A stretch of 64,000 nucleotides of DNA, taken from NCBI GenBank assembly GCA_964016885.1, contig OZ024741.1:310744001-310808000 (forward strand), written 5' to 3'. The notes under the pieces are model-generated. The model saw nothing but the letters and a program-made list of their open reading frames with translations. It had not been told where the DNA came from and did no database searches. Positions 37,894 through 51,125 of this stretch are shown in pieces. Numbering within the stretch: position 1 is the stretch's first letter; every line of letters starts with the position of its first letter. The translations under genes and the position numbers were made by a program. The stretch is from Eledone cirrhosa (Eukaryota).

Positions 37894-40800
37894 GGCGACC
37901 TACGTAGGAAATCGTATTATCGTGAGCTCAACAAAGGTTTATCGTTTTCAGTTGTTTCAAATTGCCAGTTATAGAAAATCTTTGTGTTTATAAGTGTTTA
38001 TAAGTTCACATATATTGATATCTGAAAAGGACACTCAATAATATTGGGGCCCTTGAGACCAAAATTAAAACTTTTATTTATCAAACAAAATATTTCTTTA
38101 AAAAAAAGAACATCGACGACAAATCTCCTGTTTTTAACAGACAACCCCCCCCCCCACCATTGTAAAGCCTGCCACGGTTGCCAATACTGAAAATATAATT
38201 AATAGCAGCCTCAATTATTTAAATTTGCCGCATCCAGACATGGATTTCTCGCCATTACCAATAACTGCATGTGTTAAAGCTGCCACCCCTACCTTCACAA
38301 TGTCAAAAAGAACAACCAACACCACTGATAACACCACCACCAAAAAAGAACCCCAAAAAGAAAAAAATCCCCTTCTTTCGCCCTCCAAAAACAAAATGCA
38401 GGGGGAAACAATAAGCAAACAAACAAAAAAGTTAAGACAGCTATACCACCAGCCACACCAGCATCACCAGCCTCATCACCACAAACACCAACATCATGAC
38501 CACCATCATTAACCCCACAACCACCATCACCAACACCACAAACATCACCAAAAAGCGAAACAGAAGCAAACCCACAGCAAACGCAAACAAAACAAAACAA
38601 CCATAACGATACACACTACACAGCATTAAATTTGAACAATAACCAATTATTACACTACATCCAACACAACACCAGCATCACAGAAACAGACTACACAACA
38701 CCCCAAAGGTTCACACCACCTCCGTACATGCAAATCACTCGCATTACACAGAAAACGAAAACGACAATAAAACAGAAGTTCCCCAAGGACATGGGATTCT
38801 TCCGACAAACACTCTCCAGGAGAATATATAAGGACATCCTACCGGAGGAGGCAACAATCAGTGAGAAGGATGGAGAAACCATCCTTCCTCTACGAGATGT
38901 GAGGTAAGTGATCTTTCCTATCTTTTTCCACTCCTTTTCAACATGACCTCACTCAGAATAGTCAGCATAAATGCGCGTGGCCTGGGGTCGTCATGAAAGC
39001 AGGGCCACCCGCTCAACAACCTCAGGTCACTAAACATATATGTGGTGGCCATCAGCAGGACCAGAATCTCCGTAGCATGTGCATTCGCACCGATCTTCGG
39101 CGGCTACGATGTGTACGCATCTCCCAGCCGTCCTGGATCGGGGGGAGGGGTTGCTGTGCTTTTTCGGAGAGGTTTGGATCTCACCATACAGGGTATCTTC
39201 CTGGACCCAGAAGGTAAGTTGGTGGGGCTGGACGTGACCAGCGGAGACGGGCAAGCTTTCAGATTAGTGGCCGTCTATGCACCGACATGAGCAGGGCGGC
39301 CTGATTTCTTCCGGCGTCTGGAAACCTTTCTTGGAACGTCCCGCACTTTAGTGTTAGTGGGCGACTGGAACGGGATCTTAGATGCACGCTGGGACTGTGT
39401 GGGATTAGCGGGTAGGGAAGGAGGGTGTAAAAGCCTCGCAAACCTGCTCAGACGGTTTCTACTGTCTGACAGGTACCGTCTGGTTTTCTCGAATGTGCCA
39501 ATGTGGACATGGACAAACCGCATCGGGTCATCCAGATCATATATAGATAGGGTATTTTGTAGGGAAATAGATAGGTCCAGCATAGGCTGTACACATTTCA
39601 AAATAGTCGACTACACGGACCACAAATTCATGGTCTGTGAGGTTGACTTACATAGGCTTCATAGACAGGGACCCGGCTACTGGAAGCTAAATGCGTCATT
39701 AACAGCGCTCAAGACCTACAGAGACCGGATTAGCGAACTAGTTAAGCGAGCGTTGACGGGGTCCATCGTCAACAACAAATGGTGGTTTCCTCTGAAGAGA
39801 GCGATTAGAATAGGGTCCATTAGGTTTAGTAAGGCTTTAGCAATAGAGAAAAATAGAGCAGAAGGAGGACTGGCTAGAAAATTAGACGAGGCGCTTAATA
39901 AAGGCATCGCGACCGACGTACTTGCGGCAAAATTGGCCCTTGACCAATTCTTCAATGCAAAGCACGAAGGCTGCGTTGTCAGAGCTAGGGTGATTGCTCT
40001 CAGACACGAGGGAACGAAAGCCGTTCAATGGGTCTGAGTGGCGGAGGCGCGTCGTGGCAACAAAGCTACGATCCGGTCTTTGGTGGACCACGACGGGTGC
40101 ATGCTACTCGATTCCGGGAAATGTTTGAAGCTTTTCAGCGACACTCCGCTCAGCTGTTCGGGGGCAGCGGTGGTGATGATCGAGGGATGGACTTTAGTGC
40201 CTATTTCGAAAGACTGCCGCGGCTCTCGGCCACTGAGGCGGAGTGTTCCGAAAGGCCGATAACAGCCGCTGAAGTACGGAAGGCAATGACTGGCTGCACA
40301 AGAGTTATATCGCCTGGTTTGGATGGTCTGCACTACGAACTTTACGTACAGATGACAGACTTGTACGGAGGCCTCTTGTCGGACGTCTACTGCAACTGGC
40401 AACAGAACGGGAGAATTCCCAGATCTGTGAGCCGAGGAGCGGTGGCGCTGCTGAGAAAGGATCGGAACAAGGGGATAACAGATAATTTCAGGCCTATAAC
40501 TATACTAAACACAGAGTTCAAGATTTTGGCCAAGGTGCTAGCAAACAGATTGGCGCTTGTCGCTGTTGGTCTGGCGGGAGAAGTGCAGACATGCGCCATT
40601 CCAGACAGATCCATTCACGACAACCTCCACCTCATGCGATACATCGTGGAGAGGGCAGCTAGGGAACCTGGCACGGGTGGGTCCTTGATCAATTTAGATC
40701 AGTTGATAGATTTCGATAGGGTCGAACATCGTAATCTGGCGGCAGTCCTGAGGGCGGCTGGCTTTGGACCCGTCTTTAGAGGCTGGATCGCTGCAATGCA

Positions 40801-42560
40801 CAGCGACATCTGCCCTGTGGTGAGAGTGAACGGTCACCTTTCGGAACCGTTCAACATCATGCGCTCGGTCCGCCATTGATGTCCTCTGTCGTCCCTCTAG
40901 TACGTATTGACTCTCGAGCTATTACTCAACAAACTGGAGATGTTGAGAGGGTCCCGCGCGAACTAGGATGCGGAAGATCCGTGTCAGCATATGCGGACGA
41001 TGTCGCCGTAGTGGTGTCGAACGCCAAACACATCGAGGCAATCGGCACTACACTCAGAGAATACGAAGCGGTGACAGGAGCAATGATCAAGTCGGTGGAC
41101 CTGCAGCTCGGCACCTGGAGAGGCACGTCCATGGCGTCCAACAGCGTCATTGGGCGCTGGACGGACGGATCTGTTAAATTGCTAGGGGTCTGGTTCGGTC
41201 CGGATCTACAGACGGGCAAAAACTGTAATAAGCTGGCATCTCTCAGCCAGAAATGGGCAGAGAGGAAGCTATCCCTGAAAGGTCGAGCGGAGGTGGCGAA
41301 TGCGTACATCGTGTCCGTCATCTACTACCGTCTGACCGTTCACTCTTTCGCCTTTTGTGGAAGGGACGCGCGCCGATGGAGAGGCGGTCCATCTGCTGTC
41401 AACACCCGCTACGTGGAGGGCTGTGAATACCGTGGCTGATGCGCAGACACGCGCTCAGGCTACGACATCTCCACCTCTTCTTCGACGGTGATCAGGTGTG
41501 GTCGCCGTTTGCTAGACACGTCTTTCCCCAGCTCGCCTCCATGACGGAGCTGCAGTCCTGGGTCAAGCGAAGACCGAGAGGGAGCGCTTGGTGACTGGAA
41601 TGTCTTCAGGCGCTCACAGCCCTCGACCAATCGGGCAATGTGATCGGTGGAAACTCCACCTTGGCGTTCTATAGAGGATTATTGGAGGGGAAGAGCGATG
41701 ACGTACTTGGAGAAATTCTAGGCGTCGACGAAAATCAACTAGCCAATCTCTTCGGAAAGACTTTCGGGCCAGGGCCTATGGACAACTTCCAGAAATCCCT
41801 GGCCTGGCAGTGCTACCGAGGAGCTTTGCCAGTTCGGGATAAACTCTACAGGCATGGCGGTGCCGTCAGCCGGGCATGCCCGAGATGCGCGCAGGGTGAC
41901 GAAACCGTCCTCCACGCACTCGTCCAGTGTCCGAGCATTGCTGACTTGTGGGTTTATGTCGAACACCTGCTGTCACGTGTGGGACGGATCCAGCTATCAG
42001 ATGTGTCCATCGTGAGGATTGCCCCGACCTCTACCTTTAGCCGGGAAGGGCAGGGAGTTTTTATCTGTCTGGTGGCCATGGCGAAAGAGATAGTATGGTG
42101 GACACGTTTGAAAGGGCTGAAGACGAGGACTTGCCTCTTTGGTGATGCCCAGATTAACTTTTTCAAATTTCATTTCAAAAAGAAAATCAGGGTAGAGAGG
42201 GAAGTGCTCTCTTCCCAATATTTTGTTGAAAGATGGGTGAGTGAAGCAAGTATGGCCCGAGTGAATGGGCCTACGCTGAGTATGTGTCTTTAAATTAAAG
42301 GCGGAAAACTGGGAGAGGGCACTTGCCCTGGTGGTCAGAGTCACTGTTGCCTTTCAATAGGCTTTCTCCACAAATGTCCTTCGGAAGTCTCCCCCCTGTT
42401 GGGGAATTTTTCATTGTTATTTTTATTACATCCTCTGTTTTTGTTTTTTACCCGCAGAAATTCCCATTTGTACCGTACTGTATTGTCCTGTACTGTCCTT
42501 AATGTATACTTTATGTAAACCCTTGTGGTTAATAAAGAAGACATTATTATTATTATTATT
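37894..42560 (+). mobile_element. Tx1/L1-clade LINE unit C (shortened ORF1; near-complete but frameshifted ORF2 38943-42293)
   Basis: GDWN, SYIDRVF, TDH, GPGYWKLN, SPGLDGL, NFRPITILNTEFKILAK, AYADDV and CPRC..DETVLHALVQC. It ends cccttgtggttaataaa followed by (ATT)n. Confidence 0.93.
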
Positions 42561-44262
42561 GTTGTTCTTTGAGTCTCAGTCATTGATATTAGTTAACTGG
42601 AAAGTTTGTTGAAATGAATATCAAGCCACTACCTGCAGCCTCGGACATTCAGGACGTATCGGAGGGTTCTTGCTGTTCCCAGCAAGCATGCTTTTTGAAG
42701 CGTTCCAAAAAGCGTGGCGGGGCCAATTTTCTTTAACCATCCCTGGAAACTTTTTGAGATAGTACCTAGTGCGCCTATGACAATCGGGACCACTTTGACT
42801 TCACAGCAGTTCCAAATCCTTTTTACCTCCCATTTTAAGTCCTGGTATCGGTTAATCTCCCTCTCATTCTCTTGCACTCTCTTGTCGAATGGGCAGGCCA
42901 CATCCACAATCAGGCACGATCTTTTTTCCTTGTCCAAAACCACCAGGTCAGGTCTATTGTGTTCCAGTTTCTTGTCCGTCTGTATCCTAAAATCCCACAG
43001 CACCTTCACCTGATCGTTTTCTATCACCGAATCTGGCTTATGCTCATACCACTTCTCAGAATGTGGTAAATTGTTTACTTTGCATAGGTGCCAGTTCATC
43101 ACCCTGTCCAACACATCATGTCTCCAGCCCTTATGGTGAGTCTGGGCTAGGTGTTTACACTCGGATACAATGTGAGCCACAGTCTCCTCTCTCTCTCTCC
43201 ACAGATCCTGCACAGTGGGCTAGCCTGCTCCTTGTAAATATGGTGTTTCAACCACTTCGTTTTGAGAGCCTGCTCTTGCGCAGCCATTAACATTCCTTCT
43301 GTAGCCTTTTTAAGGTCTCCTCTTTTCAACCAGTTCCATGTCTGTGGATCTCTGAATTCAGTTTTCTCAAAGAAGGTACTATGAAGAGATTTTTCCTGAA
43401 GGCTGCTCTTTCTCCTTGTTATTTCCTCCTTAGACATCCCTTGGTCTATTGTCCTCTCCTTCAGTACAATTCCGTGCTTTGGCTTCCTACTATCAGTCAC
43501 GTATTTGTGTAGGTTGTTTTTCTCCATCTGAACACAGTTCTCTCTGCTGATAAGACCTCTTCCACATTCAGATCTCCTTAAGTAGAGTCTATCGACATCA
43601 CTCCTTTTGTGGAACATGTTGTAGATAGTCAATAGCTTCCTAGTCTTCCTATCCATTTCATTTTGTTCAGCAACATTCCATCTCAAAATTCCCGCACTGT
43701 ACCTAATAATAGACACAGTTGCACTTATGGCATTCCTACTGTTCAGATGTGACTTTAGTACGCTCCTTATTCTCCGAATGTATTCAGATCTTATCAGTTC
43801 CTTCATTTTTTTGTATTAGATGTCATCAGCCTCCAGAACACCTACATATTTGTATCCTTCTTCAGTGTTAATTTCCTTTATCATCTCACCTGTTGGTACC
43901 TAGATTCCGTTGCTTCTGCTCAATTTACCCCACTTCATCACAAGGACTCCACATTTACTAATAGCAAATTGCATACATATATCATTGCTGAAAATACGGA
44001 CTGTGTCAACAAGCACATCCAACTCCCTCTCACTCTTCTCGAAGAGCTGAAGATCGTCTATGAAGAGGAGGTGATTGATGGTAAGTTCTCCCTTTCCCAA
44101 CTTGTATCCTGCTCTCACTTTTCACAGTATAATGGTCAGGGGGATCAGGGCAAGGACAAACAACAGAGGGAACAAACTATCTCCCTGGAAGATACCTCTC
44201 TTGATCCTCACGCCTACCAAGGATTCTCCGCCCGATGTTAACTCTGTTTTCCAGCACTGCAT

Positions 44263-44264
<2 letters not shown>
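42561..44264 (-). mobile_element. 5'-truncated Dong/R4-clade LINE, antisense, inside an (ATT)n tract
   Basis: INHLLFIDDL, YKYVG, DRKTRKLL..DVDRLYL.R..GRGL, CRIC..ETVAHIVSEC, RHD, RPDLVV.D..VDVACP and VPIVIGALG. (ATT)n lies on both sides. Confidence 0.92.
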
Positions 44265-44306
<42 letters not shown>

Positions 44307-47300
44307 GAATGCCATGGTTGACGGAGGCTCGGCTCTGTAATGTATAGTAATTTTTAACCGCTCTATCAATTGTAAATTGTTTAAAACTTTAACCAAATTG
44401 TAGATAAAAACACCCTCCTCCTCGCGAGGGGGGACTTTATGCCCGTTATTTGGCCCTTCGGGGTTAAATAACCACTTATTGGGATTTTGTGCCCAATATT
44501 CATTTTCGACCCCAAAAACATGGCTACAAAAAAGAATTTTCATAAGTCACTCCCACTCATTCCGTCTACTTCTTCCTCAATCGTCACTACATCAGAGAGA
44601 AGATTGTCTCTCTCCCTCCCTTCTCTAAATGTGTCTCTCTCCCTCCCTTCTCTTTCGCAAGCGACGCCAGTAAAGAAAAAGAAATATATAGTTTCTGATA
44701 GTTTCCAAGAGCACGTGCATACCGTGGAACATTTCTCCACGACGACGACAACGACAAAAAATGTGTGCTGTAAATACGGAAAGCCATTTGATTCGTCTGA
44801 CGTCATGAATAATAGCAGTAGCAGTCGTAATAACAGCAGCAGCAGCAACAGTGACAAGGGAAACAATAGTAGCAGCGGCTACAGCATCAGCAGCAGCATA
44901 AACAACAACAACAGCAGCAGCAACAACAACAGTAGCAACAGCAACAACAACAACAACCACAGCAACAGCGGCGGCGGCAGTCGTAGTACCAGCAGCAACA
45001 ACGAAAGTAACAGCAGCTCTGACGACAACAACAACAAGAAAGAAAAAACAATCTCGTTTGTTGGTATCGCAAAGAACCTGGAAACCATCCTTATAACAAA
45101 TGAGGAATTACAGGAAGCAAAGAAGACGGTGACGAAAACCGGACACCGAGCAATCTGCAAGGCAACCGAAAAAATTTTCGAAACCCAACAGCATTGTACG
45201 GTAACGTACCGTACAGTAAGCACAAAATCCTGTAGGGTTGAAAGAGCCTCAGAGGCTCAAATACAAAAAGCCTTAGGGTCTGTGTGGCAGAGGAAAACGC
45301 ATATAACCCGAGGCAAGAAATATGCCACCGTGGACGTGCTTTTTGCCACACCCCAAGAGGCAAAGGCTCAATCCTTAGTGACCCTAAGGAGCGAGGAAAT
45401 GGTGTTGGTCCCCCCTACTGTAGACAAAAAATTGTGAGGGTCAAACTGATCCACGTCCCCTCCGGGATGGCCTCTTCTTGGCTGGCCGCGTCTGTCCTCG
45501 TCGGAATCGAGGACAAAACAACTGTACTGCAAGTACAGAAAAAGTACAAGAATATTGGGTCGGCACCTCCATTGCGATGTTAATCCAAACCAACCAGGAG
45601 TGCATCGAAGCTATCCCGGATGTGATAGACTTCGATAACGGCACTCAACTGCCCATAAGTGTTGAGGGCAAACGCCCGAAATGCTTTCGCTGTGGATCGA
45701 AGACTCACCTCAGGGTCTTCTGCAATGAGAAAACCCTAAGAAAGGAGAGAGCCCCCCTCCTTCCGAAACCGGCTCCACTGCTACCAGCAACAGGACAGGT
45801 GGCAACCAGGAAGGATAGGTTCGTGGCACCCATACCCACGCCACGGAAATCAAGAACAGCAGCAGAAGTGGAAGTATTAACAACAACAACAGCAATACCA
45901 ACTGCAGCTGCAACAGAGACCCACTGCAAACATCACCAACAACAACAAGTGAAAGAGTGGAGCTGGTACCCCTCCCGACCTCACAGAATCGGAGATGGAG
46001 TGTGAGGTGGGAGAGTGATGCCAAAAGGTCGCAAGAAGGCACAAACGCAGAAGCAGCGCATCGTCGCCTTCGAAAAGGGAGGAAAGAAATGAAAAAAGGG
46101 TAAAGGCTACTGCAAAGAGACTTACAGCAGCAACACCACCAACACCATTACCACCCACACTAGCACCACTATCGACACCGGCGGCAACCCCACCGCAAAC
46201 AACAACAACACCTTCAATACCACCATCACAAGCACCAACATCGCAAACACAACAACAAAACACACCCACCAGGCAACAACGACAAGAAAATAGCAGAACC
46301 ACACCCCACCCCCAGAAAAACAAATGCACAGCAATAAATACACACAACAAGAAACTAATGACTTACGTAATTGAACACACAGACATTTCACAGCACGACT
46401 ACATAATGCCAGCACCATTCAAAACACCAACGAACATAAGACTGGTAGGAATAGCACAGAAGCAATACACAAAGATTAAAACGAAATTCCCCAACGCAGT
46501 TAGTAATTTCAGAGACCTAGGAGGGACACTCAACCGGAGAGTATATTCGGATATACTCACAGAAGAGCCGACGACCAGCCGAATGGACGATTCAACGGTC
46601 CCTTCAGCAGACGATCAAGTGAAGAGGGATGGAGAAACCATCCTTCCTCTACGAGAAGTAAGGTAAGTGGTCTTTCCCATCTTTTCCACTCCATTTCAAC
46701 ATGACGTCACTCAGAATAGGCAGCATAAATGTGCGTGGCTTGGGGTCGTCATGGAAGCAGGGCCACCTGCTCAACGACCTACAGTCACTAAACATAGATG
46801 TAGTGGCCATCAGCGAGACCAGAATATCCGAAGCACGGGTCTTCGCACAGATCTTCGGCGGCTACGATGTGTACGTATCTCGCAGCCGTCCTGGATCGGG
46901 GGGTGGAGTTGCTGTGCTTTTTCGGAGAGGTTTGGATCTCGCCATTACGGGCCATCTTCCTGAACCCAGAAGGTAAGTTGGTGGTGCTGGACGTGACCAG
47001 CGGAGACGGGCAAGCTTTCAGGCTAGTGACCGTCTATGCCCCGAAAGGAGCAGGGCGTCCTGATTTCTTCCGGCGTCTGAATACCTTTCTAGGAACGTCC
47101 CACTCTTTAGTGTTAGTGGGCGACTGGAACTGGATCTTAGATGCTCACTGGGACTGCGTGGGATTAGTGGATAGGGGAGGAGGGTGCAAGAGCCTCACCA
47201 ACCTGCGCAGGTGTTTTTAACTGTCTGACATATACCGATTGGATTTCCCGAATGTGCCAGATCATATCTAGTATTTTGTAGGGAAATAGATTGGTCTAGC

Positions 47301-49672
47301 ATAGGCTGTCCACAATTCAAGATAGTCAGCTACACGGACCACAAATTCGTTATCTGCGTGGTTGACGTAGATAGGCTTCATAGACGAGGACTCGGCTACT
47401 GGAAGCTAAACGCGTCCTTACCAGCGCGCAAGGCTTACACAGACCGGATTAGCGAACTAATTAAGCGCGCGTTGACGGGGGCCAACGTCAACAACAAGTG
47501 GCGGTTTGCTCTGAAAAGAGCGATTAGAATAGAGTCCATTAGGTTTAGTAAGGCTTTAGCAATAGAGAACAATAGAGTAGAGGGAGAACTAGTTAGAAAA
47601 TTAGACGAGGCGCTTAGCAAAGGCATCGCGACTGACGTACTTGCGGCGAAATTGGCCCTTGACCAATTCTTCAATGCAAAGCATGAAGGCTCCATTGTCA
47701 GAGTTAGGGTGCGTGCTCTCAGACACGAGGGGGCGAAAGCCGTTCAATGGGCCCGAGTGGCGGAGGCGCGTCGTGGCAACAAAGCCACGATCCGGTCTTT
47801 GGTGGACCACGACGGGCGCATGCTACTCGATCCCGGGCAAATGTGTGAAGCTTTTCAGCGACACTTCGCTCAGCTGTTCGGGAGCAGCGGTGGGCCGGTT
47901 CGAGGGATGGACTTTAGTATCTACCTCCACGGACTGCCGCGGTTCTCGGCCACTGAGGCGGAGTGTTGCGAAAAGCCGATAACAGCCGCTGAAGTACGGG
48001 AGGCAATGACTGGCTACACAAGGGGTAAATCGCCTGGTTTGGATGGTCTGCCCTATGAACTTTGCGTACAGATGCCAGACTTGTTCGGAGGCCTCTTGGC
48101 GGACGTCTACTGCAAATGGCAAGAGAACGGAAGAATTCCCAGCTCTGTGAGCCGAGGAGCGGTGGGGCTGCCGAGAAAGGATCCGAACAAGGGGATAACA
48201 TAGATAATTTCAGGCTCATAACTCTGCTAAACACAGAGTTCAAGATTTTGGCCAAGGTGCTAGCAAAGAGGTTGGTGCTTGTCGGTGGTGTGGTGGGAGA
48301 GGCGCAGACATGCGCCATTCCCGACAGATCCATCCACGACAACCTCCCCCTCATGTGATACATCGTAGAGAGGGTAGCTAGGGAACGTGGCACGGGTGGG
48401 TGCTTGATCAATTTAGATCAGTCGAAAGTTTTCGATAGGGTCGACCATCGTTACCTAGCGGCAGTACTGAAGGCGGCTGGCTTTGGGCCCGTCTTCAGAG
48501 GCTGGATCACTGCCATGCACAGCAACATCTGCTCTGTGGTGAGAGTGAACGGTCACCTTTCGGAACCGTTCAACATCATGCGCTCGGTCCGCCAAGGATG
48601 TCCCCTCTCGTCCCTCTTGTACGTATTGACTCACGAGCCATTACTGCACAAACTGGAGACATTGAGGGGCGTCCCGCGCGAACTAGAATGCGGAAGATCC
48701 GTGTCAGCATATGCGAACGCCAACACATCGAGGCGATCGGCACTACACTATGAGAATACGAAGCGGTGACAGGAACAATGATCAACCAGGAAAAGTACGA
48801 TGACACACTCGGAGAAGCTTTGGGCCTCGACGAAGTCGAACTGACCAGTCTGTACCGGAGGACTTTTGAGCCGGGGACGATGGAAAATTTCCAGAAATCC
48901 CTCGCTTGGCAGTGCTACCGGGGGGCACTGCCGGTTCGGGATAAACTCTACAGGCACGGAAGTGCTGTCAGACGGACCTGCCCAAGATGCGCACAGAACG
49001 ACGAAACCGTTCTGCACGCACTTGTCGAATGTCCGTGCATTACTGACCTGTGGAGTTATGTCGAACAGCTACTGTCGCGTGTGGAACGAATCTGGCTATC
49101 AGCCGAGTCCATAGTGAGGATCAAGCCACCACCTTCCTTAGGTCAGGAAGAGCAGGACATTTTCCTCTGTCTGGTGGCAGTTGCGAAAGAGATTATATGG
49201 CGGACCAGGTTGAAAGGACTAAAGACAGACACTTTTCTCTTCGGCCAATCCCTCATCAACTTCTTCAAGTTTCACCTGCAAAGGAGGGTGAGGGTGGAGA
49301 GAGAAGTGCTGCCCCCCAGTACATTTGCTAAAAGGTGGGTGAATGTGGCGAGAATGGCTCGTGTGAATGGGCCTACTCTGCCCATGCGCCTATAGGCTGG
49401 CTAAATTGAGGAGAGGGGTGCTCTCCTGGGTGCCCTAGAAGCGCAAGGTGGTTCAGGATTGGTGGGGTACCCGAATCACCCCAGGGTCGTCCACCCCTAT
49501 CGGGGAATTTATTTTGTTATATGCATAGTTTATTCTATATTTTTATATTTTCATTGTTAAATTAGTCTTGCCATTGTGCACTTTTACTCGACCTTATTGT
49601 AAAGCCCCACTATCCCTGTCTTTGTATTGTCCCCTACATGTCGGCCCTTGTGGCTAATAAATGAAATCATTA

Positions 49673-49703
<31 letters not shown>
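44307..49703 (+). mobile_element. Tx1/L1-clade LINE unit D (ORF1 44520-46666 with CFRCGSKTHLRVFC knuckle; ORF2 46701-49395 with internal deletion at ~48790)
   Basis: MTSLRIGSINVRGL EN start, RT motifs and C-terminal CPRC..H..C. It ends cccttgtggctaataaa followed by (ATT)n. Confidence 0.93.
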
Positions 49704-50035
49704 CAGTTGCATTTATCTTGCTCTATGTTCATACGAGACATCACCAAGTCACACCCGTGACCTCAAGAGAACAAAGTCCGCCATGTTCAAGAAAGAACAT
49801 ACATACACACACAGCATCTTTAGGTGTTTAGACTTGTGATGTACTTATATTGACAGAATATTCCTTAGTATATGGGCAGTTCCCATTAGTACTATCCTTT
49901 GTATTTCTCCTGCACGCGGGTTTCCTGGTATTAGCGATAAGTAATCATAAGACCCCTTAGGTATCATTCCTAGAGCGCCTACAACCACTGGTATTGTTTT
50001 AGTTCTCAATTTCCATATTTTTCCAATTTCTATTC
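49704..50035 (-). mobile_element. 3' fragment of a second Dong/R4-clade LINE
   Basis: Minus-strand translation IEIGKIWKLRTKTIPVVVGALGMIPKG..EIQRIVLMGTAHILRNILSI*, followed by a short UTR ending in (AAT)n. Confidence 0.8.
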
Positions 50036-50099
50036 ACACATATATGTATGTGCGTGTATATAGTAATTATAGCAATTAAGTAACAAGTTTATGATATAC

Positions 50100-50231
50100 C
50101 TTGGCAACTGTCACCAATATAATATGCAGCACATCCATCTGAACATGTTCCATGTCGTGTGTCACAATTGCTGTCGTTGATACAATGGCATGTACCATTA
50201 CAAGCAACACCAAACTTTCCTATTGGGCATT
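50100..50231 (-). CDS. Internal host exon encoding an EGF/laminin-EGF-like repeat (MEGF10/SCARF/EGF-rich receptor type)
   Basis: tattttcag|AA TGC..CPIGKFGVACNGTCHCINDSNCDTRHGTCSDGCAAYYIGDSCQ G|gtatat: 132 bp, symmetric phase 1-1, 8 Cys, no stops. Confidence 0.85.
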
Positions 50232-50549
50232 CTGAAAATATCAATAAATATGATAATTTTGAAGATATCATTAATTACATACAGATATCAATGACACCAT
50301 TTTATACCAAATTTTAAGATTAAAGCGGTCTTGTGATAAATATATGAACTTGTATACTTAATGAATATTATATCGATCCTCTATAATATATACATGGATT
50401 TTTAGTTCAGTTAAATGCAATGTTAAAAACATTATGCAAGAAACAAATAATATAATAAGAAAAATAACATATATAATCCTTCAAAATCTTACCATATTCT
50501 ATCAGTTACTACTGTATGTGTTTGCGACATTCTTACATTTAAATATGTA

Positions 50550-50560
50550 TACACACACAC

Positions 50561-50659
<99 letters not shown>

Positions 50660-50663
50660 GATA

Positions 50664-50703
<40 letters not shown>
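50550..50703. repeat. (CA)n / (TA)n microsatellite
   Basis: Seen directly. Confidence 0.95.
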
Positions 50704-50704
<1 letters not shown>

Positions 50705-51077
50705 TGTATCATTAACTATAAAAGGCAGATTGTTGTTGGTATGTGTGTGCATGTTCCATGTTTATACATTTGCACAATTTCAAACCGATTCGACTCAACG
50801 TCTTTAAGAATGTTGTAGACCATCTACAACATTCTTCCAGAATGTTGTATATGGTCTAACTTAGGTCAACGACTATTTATTTCATTCAAACCCACCCACA
50901 ATTACGGAAATAATCGATAAAACTAAATACATGACGCTTTACCGCTCTAATACAATCTAATTTCCTCTCTCTACTCCCCTTAAAATTCGATAAGACTACA
51001 TACATGCTGCAACTTTCTCTTATATACGCTTAAACTTACAAACTTCCTTTAGGAACGTCGAAGAAAGAAATTAAAGA

Positions 51078-51125
<48 letters not shown>

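Noticed and set aside
34473-49017. Numerous antisense and alternate-frame ORFs over the LINE train
   Set aside because: They are shadow ORFs of GC-richer LINE coding sequence, and recur only because the elements are homologous.
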